Below are positions 8,520-15,826 of a stretch of 55,532 bases of DNA, one piece after another (position 1 is the stretch's first letter; each line of letters begins with the position of its first letter). Below the pieces are notes generated by a model. It made no database searches, was not told the origin of the DNA, and saw nothing but the letters and a program-made list of their open reading frames with translations. Origin of the DNA: a virus (lineage: Duplodnaviria; Caudoviricetes). A program made the translations under genes and the position numbers. The stretch covers positions 1-55,532 of the IMG/VR virus record IMGVR_UViG_3300015241_000005. The stretch is one strand, 5' to 3'.

Positions 8520-8561
8520 GGGTGCCGGATAAATGGTTTATTCGGTTAAAACTTGCAAATC

Positions 8562-9032
8562 ATGTCAACATTAGTAAAATTCTACATCGACCAGGATATT
8601 TATAAAGGCGAAATATTCGCTTATTTTCCACAATTAAATTATAATAAGCACCTATATGGCAATACGGTTAAAACCGGATATGCTCATATCGGGCAACATA
8701 CCAGCATTAATGCTGATTATATTAAAAATTGTAAATCTGCAACCCCTTCTGAATACGAGGATCTTAAAATGGAACTTGAAGGTTTGGATTATAAACTTAA
8801 GATTTTAAATAAAGGTTGCAGGATATCTAAATATATTATCCCTTCTTATTGGACCTCAGCTTTATACGATGCTGATTATTCAAATATGCTGGATACAGAA
8901 ATTGATCAGCTTAATGATTGGTTAGCTAAAAATGATCCTGGTAATATAATAGATATTGATTATCGGGAAACCTATATGCAGTTTGAGAATTTGGGGCATA
9001 CGGTTGTTGAATGCACATTTATAAAATTTTAA
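8562..9032 (+). CDS. Early hypothetical protein, apparent two-domain fusion
   Basis: N-terminal YAHIGQH...ATPSEYEDLK-ELE module followed by an IPSYWTSALYDADYS module. Shared leader. Confidence 0.75.
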   Translation: MSTLVKFYIDQDIYKGEIFAYFPQLNYNKHLYGNTVKTGYAHIGQHTSINADYIKNCKSATPSEYEDLKMELEGLDYKLKILNKGCRISKYIIPSYWTSALYDADYSNMLDTEIDQLNDWLAKNDPGNIIDIDYRETYMQFENLGHTVVECTFIKF

Positions 9033-9036
9033 CATC

Positions 9037-9222
9037 ATGAACATTTACGGAGTATTAGACAGAAATGATTGCCACATTGATCTTACGCAATCATTAAAAG
9101 GCGCAAAGCGTTTCGCAACCCTTAACGGGTACGATAAAGTAAGTTGCCGAAATAGTAATAGCTATAATGTTACAATCCTTTTCGAGAAAATTAACAATAA
9201 ATGGAAACCTTTTCAATATTAA
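9037..9222 (+). CDS. Early hypothetical protein
   Basis: 61 aa with SLKGAKRFAT; tightly packed. Confidence 0.65.
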   Translation: MNIYGVLDRNDCHIDLTQSLKGAKRFATLNGYDKVSCRNSNSYNVTILFEKINNKWKPFQY

Positions 9223-9226
9223 AATC

Positions 9227-9478
9227 ATGAAATATTATTTTGTTTATTACAGCTGTTACCGTATTAATTGGCCTGCTAATCTGCCTGCCAATTCAAACAC
9301 AACATTCAATCAAGCATTAACCGTTGAACATCCCATTTCGTGGCAAATTGGATCTAATGAGCTTTACGATAAACGAATGTCGCTTGGCTCTGGAGAGTAC
9401 AGCGAGCACTATCAAGTTATCAGTTGGCAGGAATTGACTGAAGCGGAATATATTAAATTCAACGGATTAATAGGTTAG
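9227..9478 (+). CDS. Early hypothetical protein
   Basis: Start moved to AAAATCATG at 9227. Confidence 0.65.
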   Translation: MKYYFVYYSCYRINWPANLPANSNTTFNQALTVEHPISWQIGSNELYDKRMSLGSGEYSEHYQVISWQELTEAEYIKFNGLIG

Positions 9479-9482
9479 CATC

Positions 9483-9575
9483 ATGAAACAAGTCGCACTA
9501 CAATTTTTAGGCATGATAACCGGGTTTATCTTAGCCGCTGGTCTAACTACATTAGCTTACTTAATCTTTAAATAA
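9483..9575 (+). CDS. Small TM peptide (30 aa)
   Basis: Manual translation MKQVALQFLGMITGFILAAGLTTLAYLIFK. Fills the gap between its neighbours. Confidence 0.55.
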   Translation: MKQVALQFLGMITGFILAAGLTTLAYLIFK

Positions 9576-9577
9576 TT

Positions 9578-9787
9578 ATGAGCCTGATAGACGGACTAAT
9601 CATTCACACAATCGTTAACCCCGATAAACGTAGTCAACATTCTATGCTTATGGAGTTTTACCAGTTAGACGCTGAAATTGAACATGCTTACAACACTAAA
9701 AGCTATAAAGAATTATTTCATGACCTGAATTTCTACTTTAAGCAGGTAAAAGCCAAAGCACTATTAAAAGCCTTAAACATCATTTAA
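9578..9787 (+). CDS. Early hypothetical protein
   Basis: Co-oriented 69-aa ORF. Confidence 0.65.
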   Translation: MSLIDGLIIHTIVNPDKRSQHSMLMEFYQLDAEIEHAYNTKSYKELFHDLNFYFKQVKAKALLKALNII

Positions 9788-9802
9788 ATAATCCTCAACA
9801 AC

Positions 9803-9994
9803 ATGAAAACCTTCCTTCCAAAACTATTCACACCCTGCAGCCCTGCAAGCTTTACAGAACGCCGTCAGATCATTTTAAATAATTGGCAGCGTTACGGTTA
9901 CCAACGACGACCGCGCATGCCTCTCAGCCCGGCTAATAGCCTGTCAGAGCGAATTAACCAACTAATGTTTTGTCAAATTATTAAACCCGCTTAG
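9803..9994 (+). CDS. Small basic hypothetical protein
   Basis: Co-oriented 63-aa ORF. Confidence 0.5.
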   Translation: MKTFLPKLFTPCSPASFTERRQIILNNWQRYGYQRRPRMPLSPANSLSERINQLMFCQIIKPA

Positions 9995-9996
9995 CT

Positions 9997-10236
9997 ATGG
10001 AACATATAAGACAATTAATCCTTTTAGATAAGCTCGAAAGTGATTTGATAACGCTAAGAGCTGAATATGCAGCTTTGACACATTTAAACAACTGTTATGC
10101 AGATCCCGCGCGCTTGAAAACGGAAATAATTATCTGCGATGCTAAAATAGAAGCTATTGAGCAACAAATTGATGATATCTATACTATTATGAAAAAATCG
10201 GGTATCCTGGAAAATCTTACTAATTTGAAAAGATAA
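9997..10236 (+). CDS. Coiled-coil hypothetical protein
   Basis: 79 aa with heptad pattern. Confidence 0.65.
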   Translation: MEHIRQLILLDKLESDLITLRAEYAALTHLNNCYADPARLKTEIIICDAKIEAIEQQIDDIYTIMKKSGILENLTNLKR

Positions 10237-10255
10237 GAGCTTTGATATTCCTTTC

Positions 10256-10282
10256 AGCCTGCTAAGCGATTAGCGGGCTTTT
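10256..10282 (+). terminator. Terminator-like hairpin
   Basis: AGCCTGCTAA-GCGA-TTAGCGGGCT followed by TTT; GNRA loop. Confidence 0.6.
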
Positions 10283-10304
10283 CCGGCTAAAAACTAATCA
10301 TATT

Positions 10305-10559
10305 ATGGAAAAGGAATTTATATCGTGCATATTACCTCAATCGAAAATAAACGCTTCGATCATTGAGGGCAAAGGATTGCACTATTTTAAAGCTTTAGAA
10401 GCTTCAAATGGCAATACTGCTATACTCATAAAGGCTTTAATAATAGAGCTTACCAGGATTGAGCAAAAGTCTATTAATGAGCAATTTTTAAACGATTTAC
10501 ATATTCGGGACGTAATTAGATTAACAGATATTATAAACTTAATGGTGAGTGAACTATGA
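10305..10559 (+). CDS. Hypothetical protein
   Basis: 84-aa ORF with an A-rich leader. Confidence 0.7.
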   Translation: MEKEFISCILPQSKINASIIEGKGLHYFKALEASNGNTAILIKALIIELTRIEQKSINEQFLNDLHIRDVIRLTDIINLMVSEL

Positions 10560-10819
10560 AACAAAACAAAGAAGCAATCTACTTACACCCTGCGGATTTT
10601 AAAAAGCTTATAGAGCACCTAATTAAAGAATCAGACGAAACGTTTATAACAAATCCGCAATTTGTTATAAACGGCATTGAAATACACACGGACAATATTA
10701 TGCCCATAGATACATTCTTTATCTGTGAACCGGGCTTATTCGAGCTTTATAAACAAATTAAGTTACACCATTGGGTTGATAAATCCTATACGGACGATCA
10801 GCTGCAAAAGATAGCATAG
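10556..10819 (+). CDS. Hypothetical protein
   Basis: 87 aa with an ATGA overlap. Confidence 0.65.
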   Translation: MKQNKEAIYLHPADFKKLIEHLIKESDETFITNPQFVINGIEIHTDNIMPIDTFFICEPGLFELYKQIKLHHWVDKSYTDDQLQKIA

Positions 10820-10868
10820 AGCGTTTACGATCAGAAATTGACCTAAAATTCAGATTTTGAGGTCATTT

Positions 10869-10945
10869 TTAGCCCGATCCAGTTTTCCTGAGTTTTCACC
10901 AAGGGGTCAAAAATCTGAATGAAAATTCCGGCTGACAAAATTATA
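10869..10945 (+). repeat. 77-nt structured direct repeat, copy 1
   Basis: 66/77 identical to 11676-11752; folds as a long hairpin. Confidence 0.9.
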
Positions 10946-10970
10946 ATTTTTAAACTTAAAAACTAATAAC

Positions 10971-11414
10971 ATGAGCTTAAAATCAGAAAATCACAGAATA
11001 GGATCTTTTATAAAATACAATCCGATAATCAAAATAATTTTATCCGAAAAACTCGGAATATCTTTATATGAATTCAATAGAAAACTAAAAGCTAAGACTA
11101 CTAAAGGCGCTTTTTCAGAAAAGGAATTATCAGCAATAATCAATAAGATAATGGAAATTCTATCAGTCAGGATTCAAGATATATTGCAATCCAGGAAACC
11201 TAATTTTACAAAAACTTATCCCGAAAAGTTTCAAAATAGTTTGGAAAAATCAAAGGGGGTGGTATCGCCGGAAGCGCGGAAAAAGGAATTTCCTGGAGGT
11301 TCATTTGCGAACTCAGGCACAAACAATCCTGAAGTTTTCAGGCCTTTCGGCCTACAGCATATATGGTTTGATTGCGACGAAGAAGGTAATCCATTAACAA
11401 ATAAGCCAGAATAA
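10971..11414 (+). CDS. HTH-like DNA-binding protein
   Basis: LSEKLGISLYEFNRKLK...AFSEKEL is an XRE-like pattern. Confidence 0.65.
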   Translation: MSLKSENHRIGSFIKYNPIIKIILSEKLGISLYEFNRKLKAKTTKGAFSEKELSAIINKIMEILSVRIQDILQSRKPNFTKTYPEKFQNSLEKSKGVVSPEARKKEFPGGSFANSGTNNPEVFRPFGLQHIWFDCDEEGNPLTNKPE

Positions 11415-11416
11415 CC

Positions 11417-11674
11417 ATGGAAAACAAACAACTAAACCAACACCGGAAAGCCTTAATAGACATAATCCGGAAATGGAAACTAAATCAACCTATTATGGCT
11501 GCACAAATGAAAATGCCTGCAGGCACCTTCAAAAATAAAATGCTGGAAACTGCCGGCAAGTACGCATTCACCGACCAAGAGTTTTTAGAGCTCGCTAATG
11601 TCATAGACCGGCTATTGGGGGATCTAAAGCGGTTCTGTGATCAACTGGATTCAAAAACAGATTATTTAATATAA
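11417..11674 (+). CDS. HTH-like DNA-binding protein (paralog of 10971)
   Basis: MAAQMKMPAGTFKNKM...AFTDQEF. Confidence 0.65.
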   Translation: MENKQLNQHRKALIDIIRKWKLNQPIMAAQMKMPAGTFKNKMLETAGKYAFTDQEFLELANVIDRLLGDLKRFCDQLDSKTDYLI

Positions 11675-11675
11675 A

Positions 11676-11752
11676 TTAGCCTGATCCGGTTTTCCTGAGT
11701 TTTCACCATAGAGTCAAAAATCTGAGTGAAAATTCTGACCGGCAAAATCATA
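11676..11752 (+). repeat. 77-nt structured direct repeat, copy 2
   Basis: See copy 1. Confidence 0.9.
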
Positions 11753-11762
11753 TTTAAATTAA

Positions 11763-11794
11763 TTTGCATTTCCGAAAAACAATACTTAACATTG
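11763..11794 (+). promoter_or_regulatory. Probable promoter for the primase operon
   Basis: TTTG, 20 nt, TAACATTG (one mismatch to TAnnTTTG). Confidence 0.5.
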
Positions 11795-11813
11795 TTCACC
11801 TCAAAATTAATCC

Positions 11814-12017
11814 ATGACACTAAACTACTTTCCGAAATCGAAAAGCTGGACCACATTAATCTGTGAACTCGAAATTGGTCCTGAATTAAACTTTCCGGCA
11901 TATAAAGCCGAATCCATCAGAGCGCTGATCAGCGGGAGGATTAAAAAGAAATTTCCTTTGTTAACATTTTCTGCCATAGTCACGGGAGAATACATTGTTG
12001 TTAAACGTACAAAGTAA
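11814..12017 (+). CDS. Small basic, putative DNA-binding protein
   Basis: 67 aa; resembles 24226..24405 in pattern. Confidence 0.6.
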   Translation: MTLNYFPKSKSWTTLICELEIGPELNFPAYKAESIRALISGRIKKKFPLLTFSAIVTGEYIVVKRTK

Positions 12018-12035
12018 ATTCTTTATCCTCCTGTT

Positions 12036-14429
12036 ATGTCAGAACTATCTATAGCGATCGGCAAGAGCCGTAAAACAAAAATTTGGAAAAATACCAAGAT
12101 TTCCTGGAATGATCTTGTAGACAAATTCCGGGAAACCACGAGAACGGGGGAAACTTATAAAGATTATATTTCTTCCAGCAAAGAAATGCAGGCGACGACT
12201 AAGGACCGCGGGGGTTTTGTCGGGGGGTTTTTAGACGAAGGTCAGCGTTCACCAGCCAATGTCGCATTCCGGCAAATACTTACACTCGATCTTGACTTTG
12301 CCGAAATTTCCTTTTGGCGCGACTTCAAACTATTCTTTGACTGCGAAGCAATCCTACATACAACCCACAAGCATAGCACAAAGTCCCCCAGATACCGAAT
12401 TATTATCCCACTGGCAGCTAAGGTCACCAAAGAACAATATGAGGCCATAGGCCGTAAAATAGCCGGAATACTGGACATCGAACTATTCGACCCTACCACA
12501 TTCCAGCCATCCCGTCTCATGTACTGGCCCACCAGCGCTAAAGATGGTCAATACATCTTCCACCACCAAGAGGGGACCTGGCTGGACCCACAGACGATCT
12601 TGAACCGTTATGAAAAGTGGGAGGATATAAGTTCCTGGCCTTTCCACGCCGATGAGATTGATCCAATGCGCATATTCGGTAAACAGGCTGGTGATCCAAA
12701 CACAAAACCCGGATTGATCGGAGCGTTTTGCAGGACCTACAATATACACGATGCTATTGCTAATTTCTTGGGTGATGTTTACAAACCTACAGATAATTCA
12801 AATAGATATACCTATGCCGGAAGTGAAGGTTTTGCCGGGGCTGTCGTATACGATGATAAATTCATATATAGTAATCACGGATCTGATCCGACCCAAGGCA
12901 GGCTCTTAAACTCTTGGGATTTAGTTCGACTGCATAAATACGGATTCGAAGATGCCGGAAACGCTGAAACGGAGATCAACAAGAAAAAGAGCCAAAAGCT
13001 CATGCAGGACTTAGCCAGTTCTGATGACGAAGTAATAGGTGAGTTGGGATTACACCGACTTTCGGATTCGGATTTCAATGACGGCTATATTTTTGATGAA
13101 GAAGATATAAACTGGATCAAGAAACTGGAAATCAATCGGAATGGTGATTACGAAGAAACCATTAACAATTTTAAACTGATCATTAAGCATGATCATAACT
13201 TAAAAGGCCGATTGATGTACAACGAGTTCAGTCACCGGGAGACAACATTACTACCCCTCCCATGGCGAGCAGGTACCGGTCTTGTGGATTTCGTAGACAG
13301 TGACGATAGCGGTTTACGTCATTACATGGAACAGACTTATGGGCTATATCACGTAGCTAAGTCCCAGGATGCCATGAGGATTATCTTCATAGAGAATGCT
13401 TTCCATCCAGTGCGTGAATACCTGGAAAGCCTGACATGGGATGGCCGGGAACGGATAGAGCGGTTAATGGTTAACCATCTCGGGGCTGAGGATACACACT
13501 TTAACCGATCGGCTACACGCAAAGCGCTGGTAGCTGCAGTCGCACGGGTGTTCATACCTGGATGTAAGTTCGATTACATGCCCATCCTGATAGGCCCACA
13601 GGGCATCGGGAAAAGCCGGATCATAGATAAACTCGGGATGGAATGGTATTCAGATAGTTTCTTGGGCGTGGAAGGCACGCAGGCATACGAACAGCTGCAG
13701 GGGATTTGGTTAATGGAAGTGGCCGAACTTGCTGGTATGAAGAAAGCTGATGTCGACTCTGTTAAGCATTTTGTGAGTAAACGCGTAGACCGGTTCCGGG
13801 TAGCTTATGGCAAACGATCGATGCCCTTCCCGAGGCAAGGCACCTTTTGGGGCACAGATAACCGGCCCTACCCGTTAAAAGATGATACAGGTGGCCGCCG
13901 ATTTTGGCCGATACCAGTGACCGGTTACGGCGTATTCGATGTGGATGAGGTAGATGTTGACCAAGTGTGGGCCGAAGCTAAGGTTTACTTTGACGAAGGA
14001 GAGCAATTGTACTTCGATACAGTAACAGAGCAAGAGGCGCGGGAAGTACAAGCCAGTCACACAGAACAGGATGATCGCGCCGGCATGATCGCTAATTATC
14101 TCTCTGTTCAATTGCCGGTAGTTTGGCCGACCATGGGACTTTACGAACGGCAGGCATATGTAGGTAACTCAGTCGAACAGTCGGAAGCGGGTGAGCTTGA
14201 TCGATTGTCCGTCTGTGCCGCTGAGATTTGGTGCGAGTTGTTCAAAGGAACGCTGAAGGACATGGGTAGCCATAATACGAAATACATACACCAGATCATG
14301 GCTAATATGCCAGGATGGGAGAAAGCGGAAAATGCGTTAACGTTCCCGATGTATGGGAAACAGCGCGCTTATGTGTTGAAAGGGAAAACATTAACAAGGA
14401 ATGGTAAACGTAAAGCAGATAGAATATGA
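12036..14429 (+). CDS. Primase-helicase (AEP-like N-terminus plus VapE/VirE P-loop domain)
   Basis: LTLDLD, HTTHKH and PRYRIIIPL primase motifs; Walker A GPQGIGKS; LMEVAEL; GGRRFWP. Confidence 0.92.
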   Translation: MSELSIAIGKSRKTKIWKNTKISWNDLVDKFRETTRTGETYKDYISSSKEMQATTKDRGGFVGGFLDEGQRSPANVAFRQILTLDLDFAEISFWRDFKLFFDCEAILHTTHKHSTKSPRYRIIIPLAAKVTKEQYEAIGRKIAGILDIELFDPTTFQPSRLMYWPTSAKDGQYIFHHQEGTWLDPQTILNRYEKWEDISSWPFHADEIDPMRIFGKQAGDPNTKPGLIGAFCRTYNIHDAIANFLGDVYKPTDNSNRYTYAGSEGFAGAVVYDDKFIYSNHGSDPTQGRLLNSWDLVRLHKYGFEDAGNAETEINKKKSQKLMQDLASSDDEVIGELGLHRLSDSDFNDGYIFDEEDINWIKKLEINRNGDYEETINNFKLIIKHDHNLKGRLMYNEFSHRETTLLPLPWRAGTGLVDFVDSDDSGLRHYMEQTYGLYHVAKSQDAMRIIFIENAFHPVREYLESLTWDGRERIERLMVNHLGAEDTHFNRSATRKALVAAVARVFIPGCKFDYMPILIGPQGIGKSRIIDKLGMEWYSDSFLGVEGTQAYEQLQGIWLMEVAELAGMKKADVDSVKHFVSKRVDRFRVAYGKRSMPFPRQGTFWGTDNRPYPLKDDTGGRRFWPIPVTGYGVFDVDEVDVDQVWAEAKVYFDEGEQLYFDTVTEQEAREVQASHTEQDDRAGMIANYLSVQLPVVWPTMGLYERQAYVGNSVEQSEAGELDRLSVCAAEIWCELFKGTLKDMGSHNTKYIHQIMANMPGWEKAENALTFPMYGKQRAYVLKGKTLTRNGKRKADRI

Positions 14430-14719
14430 TGGATTTATCAAAATACAGTTTCCTGGATCTCGTAGAGTTACGGAGTGATCTTGATAAAGCTTTTAAGGAG
14501 TTTGATAAAAGATCTAAAACGCAAGTTTTTGCTATATTTTTACCTTATGACAAATGGCATTATTTTCTCAAAAAGGAAAATGCAGAAGCATATATTCAAA
14601 CAGCAATTACCGAGAATGAGATTTTCTTAGCTGAAGAGTTTAAAGCAAAAATAGAATTTCTTGATGAAGCTGGATTACAATATTGCGAAGATAAAGAAAC
14701 AATTATAAGCAGGGAGTAA
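14426..14719 (+). CDS. Hypothetical protein
   Basis: 97 aa, ATGA overlap with the primase gene. Confidence 0.7.
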   Translation: MMDLSKYSFLDLVELRSDLDKAFKEFDKRSKTQVFAIFLPYDKWHYFLKKENAEAYIQTAITENEIFLAEEFKAKIEFLDEAGLQYCEDKETIISRE

Positions 14720-14798
14720 AGCCTACAGCCGGGTAATAATTACGTAATAAAACCGGACGAGCTTGCAATGCAGTGACGACGGTAAAGCTACTCCCTGC
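14709..14798 (+). ncRNA. Candidate multi-stem structured RNA
   Basis: 10-bp closing stem GCAGGGAGTA/TACTCCCTGC enclosing a CCGG...CCGG arm. Confidence 0.4.
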
Positions 14799-14832
14799 AT
14801 ATAAAATTTAAAACAATTAAACCCTTAATATC

Positions 14833-15075
14833 ATGAAAGAACCTATCGGGATAGATGCCCAATTCCAAAACTACCTTACACGGGTGAAACTGGATAAAAA
14901 CAAAATAACGCTTACGCAATACGATGAAACTAAAAAGGCATTCTTTGCCGGCGCTTCGTCAATGCTCGTTTTATTCAGGAATGAGATACCTGAGTTATCT
15001 GATAAAGAAGCTATTTTAGCTATAGAAAAACTGTTTCAAGAAGCTTCTTTTTACTGGAGCATTAATTTATATTAA
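14833..15075 (+). CDS. Hypothetical protein flanked by 20-bp direct repeats
   Basis: Q...KKAFFAGA motif. ATTAAACCCTTAATATCATG at 14816-14835 and 15071-15090. Confidence 0.75.
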   Translation: MKEPIGIDAQFQNYLTRVKLDKNKITLTQYDETKKAFFAGASSMLVLFRNEIPELSDKEAILAIEKLFQEASFYWSINLY

Positions 15076-15087
15076 ACCCTTAATATC

Positions 15088-15540
15088 ATGGAAAATCAAA
15101 CCAATACTCCGAATGCATTAAGCATTTTTACTTGTAAAGAATGCAAACTGCAATATCACCTAAGTTATTCTGAAGAAATCGCGGATGAACTTTATTGCGG
15201 TGAATGCTATGAAAAACTGATCAACGTCAAAATCAGAAATTACGAAGTTTCATACAGCTACAAAACATTCTTTGGTAAAATCGGTGCCGGCGTTCTTACT
15301 TTTGAATCGGATAATTTAGAATTATTGCAGCAGAATATCTTTAAAGCCGTAATAGATCATATTAAAGAACATGGATCGTCTGAAGGATTGCAGAATTTGC
15401 AGATAACCATACACGAAAATGATGAAAACATAATTACGTGTTCTTATTGCAAAAATGCCTTTGCAGAAAATGAACTAAGCACAGGGCCTCATGGAGATGT
15501 TATTTGTGAAAATTGTATAACTGAGCATTATAAAGATTAA
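15088..15540 (+). CDS. Double zinc-ribbon protein
   Basis: Four CxxC motifs (CKEC/CGEC and CSYC/CENC). Confidence 0.7.
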   Translation: MENQTNTPNALSIFTCKECKLQYHLSYSEEIADELYCGECYEKLINVKIRNYEVSYSYKTFFGKIGAGVLTFESDNLELLQQNIFKAVIDHIKEHGSSEGLQNLQITIHENDENIITCSYCKNAFAENELSTGPHGDVICENCITEHYKD

Positions 15541-15541
15541 T

Positions 15542-15826
15542 ATGAATAAATCCGAATCAGCTATCGAACGTAAACTCGGCAGAGAGATCAAGAAACTCGG
15601 CGGTTTATCCATCAAGCTTGTCTCTCCAACAATGCCGGGTGCGCCTGATCGCTTGATCTTCTTACCCTGGCGCCGGCTTTACCTGGTAGAACTCAAATCG
15701 GCTATCGGCGTATTATCAAAGCTGCAGGTTGTTGTGCATAAGATGTTCGCAGCAATCGGTTGGCCTGTGTATATCGTGAGTAATGATCAGGAATTAAATG
15801 ATTTTATAGAAGATGTGAGTATATGA
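15542..15826 (+). CDS. VRR-NUC domain nuclease
   Basis: ESAIE...GAPDRL...VELKS...GVLSKLQ PD-(D/E)xK pattern. Confidence 0.9.
   Translation: MNKSESAIERKLGREIKKLGGLSIKLVSPTMPGAPDRLIFLPWRRLYLVELKSAIGVLSKLQVVVHKMFAAIGWPVYIVSNDQELNDFIEDVSI

Noticed and set aside
6095-8561. Shared N-terminal peptide MQIM in four proteins
   Set aside because: This is an artefact of calling TTG starts within the repeated leader. The real start is the ATG three codons later.
5048-8564. CRISPR array made of the 13-18-nt repeats
   Set aside because: The repeats are too short and irregularly spaced, or separated by whole genes. The only Cas4-like gene is the DUF2800 replication nuclease.
11241-11280. Second cos-like sequence resembling 4941-4990
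   Set aside because: The similarity is limited to short A and G runs and GGTGGTAT, which is not distinguishable from chance by eye.
10869-11752. Diversity-generating retroelement template/variable repeat pair, or IS ends
   Set aside because: No reverse transcriptase or transposase is present. The differences are not adenine-specific, and both copies are intergenic.
14625-14650. Second hammerhead at CTGAAGAG
   Set aside because: No stem II, GAAA or stem III follows, and it lies within a coding region.
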